From Candidatus Micrarchaeota archaeon (GTDB lineage: Archaea > Micrarchaeota > Micrarchaeia > Anstonellales > Bilamarchaeaceae), in NCBI GenBank assembly GCA_018304385.1, contig JAGVWJ010000014.1, positions 1-64,000 of the forward strand: a stretch of 64,000 nucleotides of DNA. Reading direction: 5' to 3'. A program made the translations under genes and the position numbers. Position 1 is the first letter of the stretch, and each line of letters starts with the position of its first letter. The notes beneath the pieces were generated by a model, which was given only the letters and a program-made list of their open reading frames with translations, was not told the origin of the DNA and did not search any database. This document shows positions 1 to 9,485 of this stretch, one piece after another.

Positions 1-1
1 A

Positions 2-355
2 GTGCTAGTTCTGGATGAATATGGGTATAAAGAGGTGAAAAACATGAAACTACAGATAAAGAACTGGAGACCGATGCTGCCAAAGCCATTAGGCAAACCA
101 CGCTTGCTGCGCTTACTAGAAGAACTCGAGCTTATGCAGAGATTCAAAAGCAGCAAAGAGGAATTCGACAAAGGAAAACGCGAGGAAATGAAAGACAAGC
201 GAAAGAAAGAGGCTACTGACAAGAAAGAATATGCTGAGAGACATGGAGAACGAACAAAAAGCAGAGAAATGCTAAAAACAATGCAACGATTAAGGGATTT
301 GCTTGAGGATTTCAAAAATAGCATGCAATTCGGGTTAATGAGAAAATATGGATGA
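2..355 (+). CDS. Hypothetical K/E/R-rich protein, 5'-truncated by window edge
   Basis: Open frame from window start; charged coiled-coil-like sequence; no recognisable motif. Confidence 0.5.
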   Translation: MLVLDEYGYKEVKNMKLQIKNWRPMLPKPLGKPRLLRLLEELELMQRFKSSKEEFDKGKREEMKDKRKKEATDKKEYAERHGERTKSREMLKTMQRLRDLLEDFKNSMQFGLMRKYG

Positions 356-1280
356 ATGGTATTTTTTCATCTCGATAAATAAAGAGTATTGGTATGCTAT
401 CTTAGTTACAGCAAAGTACAGAGTTGTAAACAAAATATGGGACCTTGGGATAGAATCTTTAGAAAAAGACAGAGAAAAAGCTAAGAAAAAATATCCAAAA
501 ACTAGCAAGGTAACAGAGCTAGCAATACAGTATACATATGCGATAGGTATTGCATTCCTTGGAAAAGGATTAACCAAGGCACTGTTTGATGTCGATGCAT
601 TAGGATATGGTTTAGCTTACGTACATCCGTTTCTAATAAAAACAGGATACAGATATTTCCAACACCGAAAAAAAGAAGGAATGGAAAAATTTAGCATACT
701 AGGAGACCTGCAACCTAATATGTCTACATACAATGCTAGCTTTGCACTTATCGATTCTGTTTCAACAGCTATATTTCTATACAATGTTGAGAAGATAGTA
801 GAGACAAACAGCACGACAATTAACCCAACTACCGCAGCAATATCAATGCTGGTAGGAACTGTTATTGCATTTATTATTGAATACATCGCATTTAGACACA
901 TCTGGATAAGTAGAGTACTAGCAAATATGGAGAAAGGGAAGATAAGCGATGATATTAAAGGATTTACGAATGAGTTTAAGCGAACCTATTGCCCCAAGAA
1001 ACAAGAAAAACAATCAGCAGGTAATGCTAGTGAGTATGTGGGCCAGATATGGGGTGTAATAGAATCACACTGGATATGGATTCAGATAGTTAGAATCACA
1101 TTTGCAGCATTGATTGCAGCAATTTATCCTATTGCCCCAACAGAATTTCTAAAAGTGTACAATGACAAAAGTGCAGAATGGGGTAAGGTATATTTAGATA
1201 GTTTTATATCTGCTAAAAACTGGGCTGCAGTTCAGAAGAAACTAGACGAAAATAATGAGGCACTAAAAATAGAAAAATAA
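348..1280 (+). CDS. Hypothetical multi-pass membrane protein
   Basis: 310-aa ORF with several hydrophobic segments; overlaps upstream stop by 8 nt. Confidence 0.65.
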   Translation: MDEWYFFISINKEYWYAILVTAKYRVVNKIWDLGIESLEKDREKAKKKYPKTSKVTELAIQYTYAIGIAFLGKGLTKALFDVDALGYGLAYVHPFLIKTGYRYFQHRKKEGMEKFSILGDLQPNMSTYNASFALIDSVSTAIFLYNVEKIVETNSTTINPTTAAISMLVGTVIAFIIEYIAFRHIWISRVLANMEKGKISDDIKGFTNEFKRTYCPKKQEKQSAGNASEYVGQIWGVIESHWIWIQIVRITFAALIAAIYPIAPTEFLKVYNDKSAEWGKVYLDSFISAKNWAAVQKKLDENNEALKIEK

Positions 1281-1303
1281 GAAAAATAAAAGAAAAAAAG
1301 AAT

Positions 1304-1702
1304 TTACTTAGGTTGAGCAGCTGCTCCAAAGCTCTTCATAAGATCTATCAGAGAACCACTGCACATCTCTAAAGCTTTTTGGCTACCTAGGTCAGAACTA
1401 CCAGAGGAAAACGCTTCCAAATCTGCCTTTGGAACCTTGCAGTTCATCTCCTTATCCTTTAATATTGGAATCGGTGCGTCAAGTATTTTCATATTTATAG
1501 CACATTTGTCTCCTTCCCAACCTTTTACCAAACCTTCAACAGAAGTTCCTTTATCTGTTTTCTTTGCTGTTGCTGGTGTGCAGGTTTTCATTGCTTCTTT
1601 AAAGCATGCATCATCTGTACCGCAATCCTTTACCTTTGGTTCGTGGAAACAGCCTGCAATAAACAGTGCCAAGACCAGGGCAATTAATAATATTTTTTTC
1701 AC
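1304..1702 (-). CDS. Putative secreted lipoprotein-like Cys-rich protein (tandem paralogue 1)
   Basis: MKK + hydrophobic stretch + IAGC lipobox-like motif; shares FHEPKVKDCGTD..CF.EA.KTC and other Cys with 1723..2109. Confidence 0.8.
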   Translation of the reverse strand: MKKILLIALVLALFIAGCFHEPKVKDCGTDDACFKEAMKTCTPATAKKTDKGTSVEGLVKGWEGDKCAINMKILDAPIPILKDKEMNCKVPKADLEAFSSGSSDLGSQKALEMCSGSLIDLMKSFGAAAQPK

Positions 1703-1722
1703 TTTACATCACCTCAATTTTA

Positions 1723-2109
1723 TTAACTAACAGCTCCTAAACTCTTCAGTAAATCTATTAAAGAACCGCTACACCATCCCATGATAGTACTAGTGTCCAT
1801 TGCTGAGCCTTTACTAAGCCTAGCTGCTTCTTCAACTGGGATTTTACAATTCATTTCCTTATCTTTTAGTAAAGCCACTGGTGAATCAACAACCTTCATG
1901 TTCAGAACACATTTATCTCCTTCAAATCCTTTTAATAAAAATTCCATTGTACCAGATTCCTGTGTCTTTTTAAATTTTGCAGGGCCACATGTTTTGGCGG
2001 CCTCTTGGAAACACACTTCATCTGTACCACAATCCTTTACCTTTGGTTCGTGAAAACAACCTGCAATAAACAATGCCATTAGGATAACTAATAGATATAT
2101 TCTCCGCAT
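1723..2109 (-). CDS. Putative secreted lipoprotein-like Cys-rich protein (tandem paralogue 2)
   Basis: MRR + hydrophobic stretch + IAGC; clearly homologous to 1304..1702; GAGGTG RBS upstream. Confidence 0.8.
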   Translation of the reverse strand: MRRIYLLVILMALFIAGCFHEPKVKDCGTDEVCFQEAAKTCGPAKFKKTQESGTMEFLLKGFEGDKCVLNMKVVDSPVALLKDKEMNCKIPVEEAARLSKGSAMDTSTIMGWCSGSLIDLLKSLGAVS

Positions 2110-2251
2110 AAATGCACCTCTTTTATTAATGCTATGCGAAACGTTTCGATAATTAGATTTAAAATGTTATCCTAAGCTAATTAATTCTGTAATATGTTAT
2201 AAAAAATGACCAAAAACGAATATTTAAATACTTTTGCTGGGTAGTACTATA

Positions 2252-3211
2252 ATGAAAAACCTTAGAATAAACGATCTAAGACCAAGGCCAAGAACTTCTA
2301 ATCCTCTAGCGAATTTAGGAATACGAATTGTATTAGCTGTTTCTCCTTTTGCCGCATGCGCTGCACCAATGACTGAAGGCCCAAAAAGTTCTATAAGTGC
2401 TAAAGCACCAAAACAAGAAGAAAAACCTGATCCTGAAATTGATCCACTAATAAAAGATTTGCAGAGCCCAGATAAGGATACTCGATTTGGAGGTGCCTGG
2501 GAACTCATGAAAAAAACAGAACAAGGAAAAAAAGGCGAGCGAATTAAAAAAGCAATACCTGCACTTGTAAGAACACTTTCTGATGAGGATAATATTGTAG
2601 CAAGTAATGCTGCACGCGCAATAGCTAATTTTGCAGTGAAAGAAGATGTTTCTCAATTTGTAAAAGATATCGAGGCTGCATTAGAAAAATGTCCAGAAGC
2701 AGCCTGGCCTTTAATATGGCATTATGCAAAAAATGGTAAATGGACTGATGTTGAAAGGTTAGTGAGGCATCCGAATAGAGAGGCTAGAGGCTGGGGTGTA
2801 AGAGAACTTGGAGATGTTGCAGGCGAAGGTATAGATATATCTCCAATATTAGACATACTTGATAGTTTATTGCATGACCATTCAGTTGAAAAAACGCCAG
2901 AAGGTGATCTGCGCAAATATGATAAATTAAACATTGGTGAGGCACTAGTTGGAGCATTAAAAAATGAAAAAACAAGAGACAACGCATTCGGTATTCTTAT
3001 AAACGCATTACAGCAAGGAGATGAATTTACAAGATTTAACGCTGCTTTTGCATTAAAAGAAGCTGTCAAGGATGGAGTCGTAATTCCTAAAATGAAAGAG
3101 GAACTAACCAGGGCAATTGAAGCAGAAAGTAAAAGGGATGTTGATGATAGTAGTGGAGATGCAATACAGGTGCTTGATAAAGCCTTGAGGATGTTAGAAA
3201 GAAGGGAATAA
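2252..3211 (+). CDS. HEAT-repeat protein with N-terminal signal/lipobox-like segment
   Basis: HEAT-like motifs (DTRFGGAWEL, IPALVRTLSDED.IVASNAARAI); AAC after a hydrophobic stretch; ATG at 2252 preferred over 2234. Confidence 0.7.
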   Translation: MKNLRINDLRPRPRTSNPLANLGIRIVLAVSPFAACAAPMTEGPKSSISAKAPKQEEKPDPEIDPLIKDLQSPDKDTRFGGAWELMKKTEQGKKGERIKKAIPALVRTLSDEDNIVASNAARAIANFAVKEDVSQFVKDIEAALEKCPEAAWPLIWHYAKNGKWTDVERLVRHPNREARGWGVRELGDVAGEGIDISPILDILDSLLHDHSVEKTPEGDLRKYDKLNIGEALVGALKNEKTRDNAFGILINALQQGDEFTRFNAAFALKEAVKDGVVIPKMKEELTRAIEAESKRDVDDSSGDAIQVLDKALRMLERRE

Positions 3212-3219
3212 GAATAAAA

Positions 3220-4494
3220 TCAGAATCTTATTTTGTTTATCTTTTCGATTATTTTCTCCCCATTAACAGTCAAAATTTTCTTATCTCGCATAATAATTTT
3301 CCCATTAATTATTACGTCAGTTACATTCGCAGGTGAAGCAGCATAAACAATATTTGAAACTAAATCATGTTTTGGATTTAGATTTACTGCATTTGCATCA
3401 AGTAAAACAACATCCGCTAGTTTTCCTTTCTCTAACGAGCCAGCATTTATGCCAAGCGCTTTCGCTCCGTTAATTGTTGCGAAGTCCAAAAACGCCTGTG
3501 TAGGTAAAACATCGGCTTTCCAATAATGGTGCTTTTGTAATAAAGCGCTTAACTTAATGCTTTCGAACATGTTTAATGAATTATTGCTTGCTGGGCCATC
3601 TGTTCCAATGCAAACATTTGCCCCTTGTTGATAATATTCACGAACTGGGCAAATACCACCAGTTGCAAGCTTAAGGTTAGAAATCGGACAGTTAACGATT
3701 GTTGCTTTCTTTTTTCCAGCTAGCGCAATCTCTCTTTTTGTTACCCAACTTGCATGTGCTAAGATTGTGTTTTCATCCAACAAGCCGAGCGAATCCAAGT
3801 ATTCGATTGGATATTTCTTGGTTTTATTTAAACAATCAAATATTTCTTTTCGAGTTTCGCTTAAATGAATATGAAATTTTAATTTTTCTTTATCTGCAAG
3901 TTCTTTCCCTTTAATAAGCATTTCTTCTGTGCACGCGTAAATAGAATGAGCTGAGATATGCGGAGTCACAAACGTGCTTTTATTCTTCCATTTTTTTGCA
4001 AAAGAAGAAGCTCGATTAATATCATGCCCAGGGATATTAATTACTGCATCGCTCAAGCTTGCACGAATGCCAGTTTCCTCGCAAGCTTTAGCTATTTCAT
4101 CAACACCTGTTATATACATGTCAAGGAAACTAGTGATCCCAGAGCGAATCATTTCGCATGAGCCTAAAAGTGTGCCATGATAAACCTGCTCTGGTTTTAG
4201 CTTGGCTTCAGCTGGCCATATTTTTTCTTGAAGCCAACGCTGGAGTGGCAGGCCATCGCCATATCCACGAAACAAGGTCATTGCAATGTGCGTGTGCGCA
4301 TTTATGAGGCCTGGTAATACAATTTTACCATGGGCGTCTATAATAACATCTGCTTTTGGCCATTGGCCTTTAGCTTGTAGCCTCCTACCTATCGCTTCCA
4401 GCCTACTGCCTTCAATTAAAATATCACAATCATTAATTATCTCTCGATTTGCATTTTGTGTTATAACTGTTGCGGATTTTATTAGGATTGACAT
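3220..4494 (-). CDS. Amidohydrolase, 5'-methylthioadenosine/S-adenosylhomocysteine deaminase (MtaD/DadD-like)
   Basis: PGLINAHTH, HIHLSET, LAHASW, GTDGPASNNSLNMF motifs. Confidence 0.88.
   Translation of the reverse strand: MSILIKSATVITQNANREIINDCDILIEGSRLEAIGRRLQAKGQWPKADVIIDAHGKIVLPGLINAHTHIAMTLFRGYGDGLPLQRWLQEKIWPAEAKLKPEQVYHGTLLGSCEMIRSGITSFLDMYITGVDEIAKACEETGIRASLSDAVINIPGHDINRASSFAKKWKNKSTFVTPHISAHSIYACTEEMLIKGKELADKEKLKFHIHLSETRKEIFDCLNKTKKYPIEYLDSLGLLDENTILAHASWVTKREIALAGKKKATIVNCPISNLKLATGGICPVREYYQQGANVCIGTDGPASNNSLNMFESIKLSALLQKHHYWKADVLPTQAFLDFATINGAKALGINAGSLEKGKLADVVLLDANAVNLNPKHDLVSNIVYAASPANVTDVIINGKIIMRDKKILTVNGEKIIEKINKIRF
4352..4402 (-). repeat. Phased heptamer array inside amidohydrolase CDS
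   Basis: GCTGGAA GCGATAG GTAGGAG GCTACAA GCTAAAG GCCAATG GCCAAAA. Confidence 0.65.
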
Positions 4495-4546
4495 AATTTA
4501 AATTCCGATAAATCATTTATAAACCAATTCTTCTATCTTTATTACT

Positions 4547-5458
4547 ATGACTTCTATTACATGTGCAGGATCAATAGCATTGGATACGACGCGCACGCCA
4601 TTTAAAACAGTTGAACGCGTACTGGGTGGTGCAGCTAGTTTTTTTTCAATAGCTGCGAGCTTTTTTGCGCCAGTGCATGTTTGCAGCGTTGTTGGCAGTG
4701 ATTTCCCAGATGAGTATTGGCAATTGCTTGCAAAAAAAGCAAATCTGACCGGCGTGCAAAAAAAAGAAGGAAAAACATTCTTCTTTGATTCTACTTTTTC
4801 GTTTGATCTTTATCATCGCCATGCGAATAAAACAGAATTAAATGTGCTCGCTGATTTCGAACCAGTTTTACCAGAAGCTGCGCAACAAAGCGAGTTTATT
4901 TATCTAGCAACAATGCCACCTGAAAAGCAACTAAGCGTACTTAAGCAAGCGAAAAATAAAAAACTTGCATTTATGGATACTATTGAATTTTATATAAAGA
5001 GCGAGCGAGATGCATTACTTAAAACGATTGCTGCTGTTGATGGCGTTGTTCTCAATGATGTAGAGGCTAGAATGCTCACAGAAGAAGCGAACCTAATTAA
5101 ATGCGGTCGCAAGATTCATTCCTTTGGCCCAAAAATTGTTATTCTAAAGAAAGGCGAGCATGGTAGTATTTTATTTTACGAAAACAAAGTTATTCCATTT
5201 CCAGCATTTCCATTAGAAGTAATTGTTGATCCAACTGGCGCTGGTGATGCATTTGCAGGTGGATTTCTTGGATCGTTAGCTAAAAATTTGGCTCATGGCT
5301 CACTGCTCACTGCTCATGGCTTAAAGATAGCAATGGCATATGCAAACGTTATGGGTTCGCTTGCAGTAGAAGATTTTTCAGTAAATAGATTGGCAAATGC
5401 CACGAATAGCGAAATAGAAAGGAGATTTAAGGAATATTGCGAGTTACTGAGGATTTAG
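4547..5458 (+). CDS. PfkB-family carbohydrate/nucleoside kinase
   Basis: N-terminal GS.A.D and LGGAA; C-terminal VDPTGAGDAFAGGF PfkB signature. Confidence 0.9.
   Translation: MTSITCAGSIALDTTRTPFKTVERVLGGAASFFSIAASFFAPVHVCSVVGSDFPDEYWQLLAKKANLTGVQKKEGKTFFFDSTFSFDLYHRHANKTELNVLADFEPVLPEAAQQSEFIYLATMPPEKQLSVLKQAKNKKLAFMDTIEFYIKSERDALLKTIAAVDGVVLNDVEARMLTEEANLIKCGRKIHSFGPKIVILKKGEHGSILFYENKVIPFPAFPLEVIVDPTGAGDAFAGGFLGSLAKNLAHGSLLTAHGLKIAMAYANVMGSLAVEDFSVNRLANATNSEIERRFKEYCELLRI
5287..5321 (-). repeat. Phased heptamer array inside pfkB-family CDS
   Basis: GCCATGA GCAGTGA GCAGTGA GCCATGA GCCAAAT. Confidence 0.8.
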
Positions 5459-6618
5459 ATTAGAAAAATCTTGAAAACCAGCAATATTGTCGGTACAATC
5501 ACCGCGCCCATCAGATTAGTTCTTTCAACGCCAATTTTGATTGTCAAAAATCCTAAAGCGCTTGCTAAAGCGAAAATAATTATTCCAATTACCCCATCAA
5601 GCACAGCAATAATTATAAATAAATAAAGCGCAAGCAGGATATTAAATTTTGAAAAATCAATATTCGCTAGTTTTGCAATTAATTTTCTTGATAAATAAAC
5701 AATAGCAACAGCAATCGCAATTGCTATTAAAAATAAAACTAGGATTAATGTTAAATTCTGTTCAATATTAAAGATCTTATCAAGCGAGGCTGTTGCGCCA
5801 ACGCGAGATTTATTTATACTTGCAACAGTTGCAAATGAAAAGATTGCACTACTCATTGAGATAGAAGAAATGGTTGCTAGATAACTTATTGTATTTACAG
5901 GTAAAAAAATTGAAATAAAAATTGCAACCTGTGAAGGCGAGCTTATACCGGGAAGCAGGTCTGCAAACATACCTGCGATTGTTCCCAAGAATATGAATTT
6001 TAATAAATTAGAATCTGGCTCTATTTTTTCATCCTTTTGTCTTGGAATTTTTGATTTTTGATAATTTAAAATCGCAGCCATTGCAAACATACCTGAGAAT
6101 AAAGGCAAGAACGAGTCCTGCATTTTTGTATTTAGCGAATAAAATCCTAGCATCCCAGCAAGCAAGAAAATAAAAACTGAAAGTGCAGGATTTTTAGTGC
6201 GTAGAAGAAAAATTAAAGAAAAGATAACTAGGATGTACCCTACATATGGTCTAATAGTAGCATATACAAACTGAAAAAAAGAAAGTGATGGGTAAAATAA
6301 CGCAATCGAAATCAGGGCTGCAAGCAGCGAAGCTAGCAAAACAACCTTTAATGCAACTAATCCTTTTCCATCAAGAACAAGACGCTGACCAGGCAGTATG
6401 CTAATAACAGTTTGCTGTTCTGGAATTCCAAAGAATATAGATGGAATAAAAGAAATTATCAGATGCACTGGAAACAAAGCAATTATAAGAAATGCAAGCT
6501 GTTCGCTTTCTAAACCAAACGAAGAAAAGATAGAAATAATCGTATTAGAATGCAAACCTGGAATTAAACCCGACATGATGCCAAGAAAAATACCAAGAAG
6601 AAAAAATAGAAGGGACAT
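5455..6618 (-). CDS. TctA-like (tripartite tricarboxylate transporter permease) membrane protein
   Basis: GLIPGLHSNT and IPSIFFGIP motifs; polytopic; start moved to MSLLFF (6618) because the upstream in-frame part is a heptamer array. Confidence 0.8.
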   Translation of the reverse strand: MSLLFFLLGIFLGIMSGLIPGLHSNTIISIFSSFGLESEQLAFLIIALFPVHLIISFIPSIFFGIPEQQTVISILPGQRLVLDGKGLVALKVVLLASLLAALISIALFYPSLSFFQFVYATIRPYVGYILVIFSLIFLLRTKNPALSVFIFLLAGMLGFYSLNTKMQDSFLPLFSGMFAMAAILNYQKSKIPRQKDEKIEPDSNLLKFIFLGTIAGMFADLLPGISSPSQVAIFISIFLPVNTISYLATISSISMSSAIFSFATVASINKSRVGATASLDKIFNIEQNLTLILVLFLIAIAIAVAIVYLSRKLIAKLANIDFSKFNILLALYLFIIIAVLDGVIGIIIFALASALGFLTIKIGVERTNLMGAVIVPTILLVFKIFLI

Positions 6619-6628
6619 AAATATAATT

Positions 6629-6656
6629 GCTATGAGCAATGAGCAGTGGACCACAA
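6629..6656 (+). repeat. Phased heptamer array
   Basis: GCTATGA GCAATGA GCAGTGG ACCACAA. Confidence 0.7.
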
Positions 6657-6665
6657 AATGTTCAA

Positions 6666-7046
6666 TTAGCCAGGATGTTTAATCTCAACAAGAAACTTTT
6701 GAGCAACTGCCTTGTTAACTGCTTGATTTGTAAATTCAGATTTCATTCTTGCAAAAAGCTCCATTGCCTTAGCCTCTGCAATATCCTTTGGCCTTGCTAA
6801 CAGCTCTTTAACTACGCTTCCCGAAACAATGCCAATTTGCTTGACCTCAAAATAAACTTCATAATCGCCGTTTTCTTTTTTGAAAAATCTTGTTTTGTCT
6901 GCAAATGATTTTGTATTCAATCCCGCATAAGTATCTTTTGATAATGCAGTTTTAGTTGCGCCTCGCGCTGCCTGTTCTGTGCTGCTCTTTGCTTGACTTT
7001 GAACTCCACCTAAAACACTTTTGCCTATATCATCTAAGAATCCCAT
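6666..7046 (-). CDS. Hypothetical protein
   Basis: 126-aa ORF with GAGG upstream; MGFLDDIGK amphipathic start. Confidence 0.65.
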   Translation of the reverse strand: MGFLDDIGKSVLGGVQSQAKSSTEQAARGATKTALSKDTYAGLNTKSFADKTRFFKKENGDYEVYFEVKQIGIVSGSVVKELLARPKDIAEAKAMELFARMKSEFTNQAVNKAVAQKFLVEIKHPG

Positions 7047-7064
7047 TTAATCGACCTCTTATCT

Positions 7065-7223
7065 CTACAACCCAGACCAATTTGCGAATAGTGTACCACA
7101 ACCTGGGCATTTATAGCTTTTCCAAAAACCCTTGCAATTATTGCATAATGTATAACTTGCCTTGCATTTAGAGCAGCTCGTTGTAGTGCTCGTAAAACCT
7201 GAATTACATTTTGCGCATCCCAT
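7065..7223 (-). CDS. Small 52-aa double zinc-finger protein (four CxxC; DUF1610/HVO_2753-like), missed by the ORF track
   Basis: Manual translation MGCAKCNSGFTSTTTSCSKCKASYTLCNNCKGFWKSYKCPGCGTLFANWSGL*; GAGGTG RBS upstream. Confidence 0.8.
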   Translation of the reverse strand: MGCAKCNSGFTSTTTSCSKCKASYTLCNNCKGFWKSYKCPGCGTLFANWSGL

Positions 7224-7238
7224 ATAAAACACCTCAAA

Positions 7239-7496
7239 TTATACTTTACAAGATTTTATCTTTCCAATTACTTCCTGAGCTATAGCATCTCTCTCTTCAT
7301 CTGTAAGCTTTCTCATACCAGAGAATAAACGCTTTACGTTTTGAGCCATTTTCTCTTCATGTTGTTGCATATCTGCCAAATCATTTCTGCCCCACCAATG
7401 CAATTCCTTACCATCTACAAGAATATGTAAACGCTTAACACGCTCACCATATGTTTTTGTCTTTTCAATATCTTCTTCAAAACTAACACTTGCCAT
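7239..7496 (-). CDS. Hypothetical protein (85 aa)
   Basis: GGTGA RBS before ATG at 7496; the longer ORF-track start overlaps the divergent gene at 7611. Confidence 0.65.
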   Translation of the reverse strand: MASVSFEEDIEKTKTYGERVKRLHILVDGKELHWWGRNDLADMQQHEEKMAQNVKRLFSGMRKLTDEERDAIAQEVIGKIKSCKV

Positions 7497-7610
7497 AAGA
7501 TCACCCTTTTTGATGATAAAGGCTTCTATGAATAAATTTATAATTGTTATTACACTTATCATAGCAGATTGATTAACGATATATCTAATTTCTAATTTGG
7601 AGGGATTAAA

Positions 7611-9461
7611 ATGGCTGAGAATTATCCAACATGGGAACAAGTAGAAAAGAAAATGAGACAATTTTGGGTTGATAGCTATCCAAGAGAAAAAATAATAGAG
7701 GTAAAACAGACAAAAAAAGACTTGGAGATTGGAACTGAGCGCGTGGATAATAGCGTTGTAGAGTACCAACATGTTTATTATTACGGAGAAACTATTGTAA
7801 CTAAACCTGACGGAGGCAAATATTTATATCCAATGAGAATAGCTTTTTATCAGATCCCTGGTCAAACCCAATGGAATTTCCATTATGCATCACCAGGTAC
7901 TCACAAGGTTTTAGAGGAGGGTAAAGGTGAAGACCCATTAAAACCAACACAGGAAAAATTCCGTGATATACTCAAGCAGTACGTAGAATTAATGGTGAGT
8001 AAACATTTCCCAGCTTCTAAGTGGACTGATTATTGCAAGGCGAATAATGTAGAATTAAAGATAACAAAAGTAGATTATAAAAACCCAGCTGAAGTTGCTG
8101 ATAGTCTTCGGTTTGCAGATACTGAAAACCCAATAAGCTTCACCTTTTTTGTCGAAGGAACATATAAAGATAAGGCAGGCAGCTTTAAATTTAGAATTGA
8201 AAACTTAAATCCAGCTTTTAGAGCAAATTTAGATGGTGGCTTTTGGGGAATGGGATACCCTGCCAAACCAGTGGACCAATTAACCACGAATGATCTTTCT
8301 GAACTAAAGCAATATCTTCTTGAAACTGCAGAAGAACCCAGAAAGGCATTGGAACAATATATCCCAGAGGCTTCGCCAATGGAAAAAGCGCTTGCATTAA
8401 TGATGGATGAGGATCCAAATAAAAGATGTGATGGTATCGAAGAGCTTAAATGGATACAGGGTGTTGAAAACGATGAAATGGTAGTAGATACGCTCATTGG
8501 TTTGCTAAATGATCAAAATCAAACAGTAGTAGAATATGCAAACTCCGCACTTGATACCATCTATGCGAAAACAACAAGTGACGCAATAAAACAAAAATCA
8601 AAAGAAGCTGGAGATCCTATAGACCAGGCTTTAGTAAAACTTCAAAATCAAGATCCAAACGTAAGAATACAGGCGTGCGAAGTTCTTTACAGTTATGTCA
8701 AGGATATTGCAGATGACCCAAATATTGTAAATGCCTTATTAATGATATTACAAACAGACCAGGATGATGCAGTCGTAGACGCATCTTATAAGGTTCTTGA
8801 AAAAATAAAGTTCCAAACCCAACATCCTGGAATACAGCAAACAATGAAAATTTTGGACTATTTGAAATGCAGTTGGATGCTAAGAAGCCCTGAAGAAGCT
8901 GGAACGGCTTGGGGTAAAATTGATAAGAATCTACTTAAAACAGATCCAAAGACAATGATGTTGCTAATAGCAATTCTACAAAAAGGGGCAAGTGTTGGAT
9001 ATAGCACAAGAATATTAGAAGACATAAAAGCTTGGTTAGATACTGTTAGGGCGTATGATAAAGATAAAATTAGCCCTGAAATATTAGCGAAGATTAATGA
9101 AACGCTAGGTGTTGTTAGTACTGGGCCCAAAGATAAGGCATCTGCCCCAGCAACAAGCGCTGCACCAGCACAGCAGGTTGATGAATATGCACAAGCAACA
9201 GCAGATTTCAAAGATCCAAAAAAGGCAATGTACGCAGTCAGGAAAATCAAGGGTAAAAGAGAGTACAATGAAAAAATAGTGAAGGATGATGCTGCAATGG
9301 AATCGCTAATTAATATCTGGCTAAAAAAAGGAGAATTTGACAGCAGCGCGCGAAGCGAGGTAAGAGCGTTCTTAGATGGTGCAAGATCATATAGCAAGGA
9401 TAAACTAAATCCAGATGTATTGAAAAAAATTGAGGAAGCGTTTAAGACTGTGAGATCTTAA
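7611..9461 (+). CDS. Hypothetical protein with C-terminal HEAT-like repeats
   Basis: 616 aa; DEDPNKRCDGIEEL, LQNQDPNVRIQACEVL HEAT-like units; GGAGGG RBS. Confidence 0.75.
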   Translation: MAENYPTWEQVEKKMRQFWVDSYPREKIIEVKQTKKDLEIGTERVDNSVVEYQHVYYYGETIVTKPDGGKYLYPMRIAFYQIPGQTQWNFHYASPGTHKVLEEGKGEDPLKPTQEKFRDILKQYVELMVSKHFPASKWTDYCKANNVELKITKVDYKNPAEVADSLRFADTENPISFTFFVEGTYKDKAGSFKFRIENLNPAFRANLDGGFWGMGYPAKPVDQLTTNDLSELKQYLLETAEEPRKALEQYIPEASPMEKALALMMDEDPNKRCDGIEELKWIQGVENDEMVVDTLIGLLNDQNQTVVEYANSALDTIYAKTTSDAIKQKSKEAGDPIDQALVKLQNQDPNVRIQACEVLYSYVKDIADDPNIVNALLMILQTDQDDAVVDASYKVLEKIKFQTQHPGIQQTMKILDYLKCSWMLRSPEEAGTAWGKIDKNLLKTDPKTMMLLIAILQKGASVGYSTRILEDIKAWLDTVRAYDKDKISPEILAKINETLGVVSTGPKDKASAPATSAAPAQQVDEYAQATADFKDPKKAMYAVRKIKGKREYNEKIVKDDAAMESLINIWLKKGEFDSSARSEVRAFLDGARSYSKDKLNPDVLKKIEEAFKTVRS

Positions 9462-9485
9462 GCCCTGCGTTTGTAGTTTGATACT

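Noticed and set aside
2-1280. Frameshifted single gene formed by 2..355 and 348..1280
   Set aside because: An 8-nt overlap is compatible with ordinary translational coupling, and no slippery site or homology evidence is available.
7034-7237. 67-aa ORF from the ORF track
   Set aside because: The overlapping frame 7065..7223 has an RBS and four CxxC motifs and is the more plausible gene.
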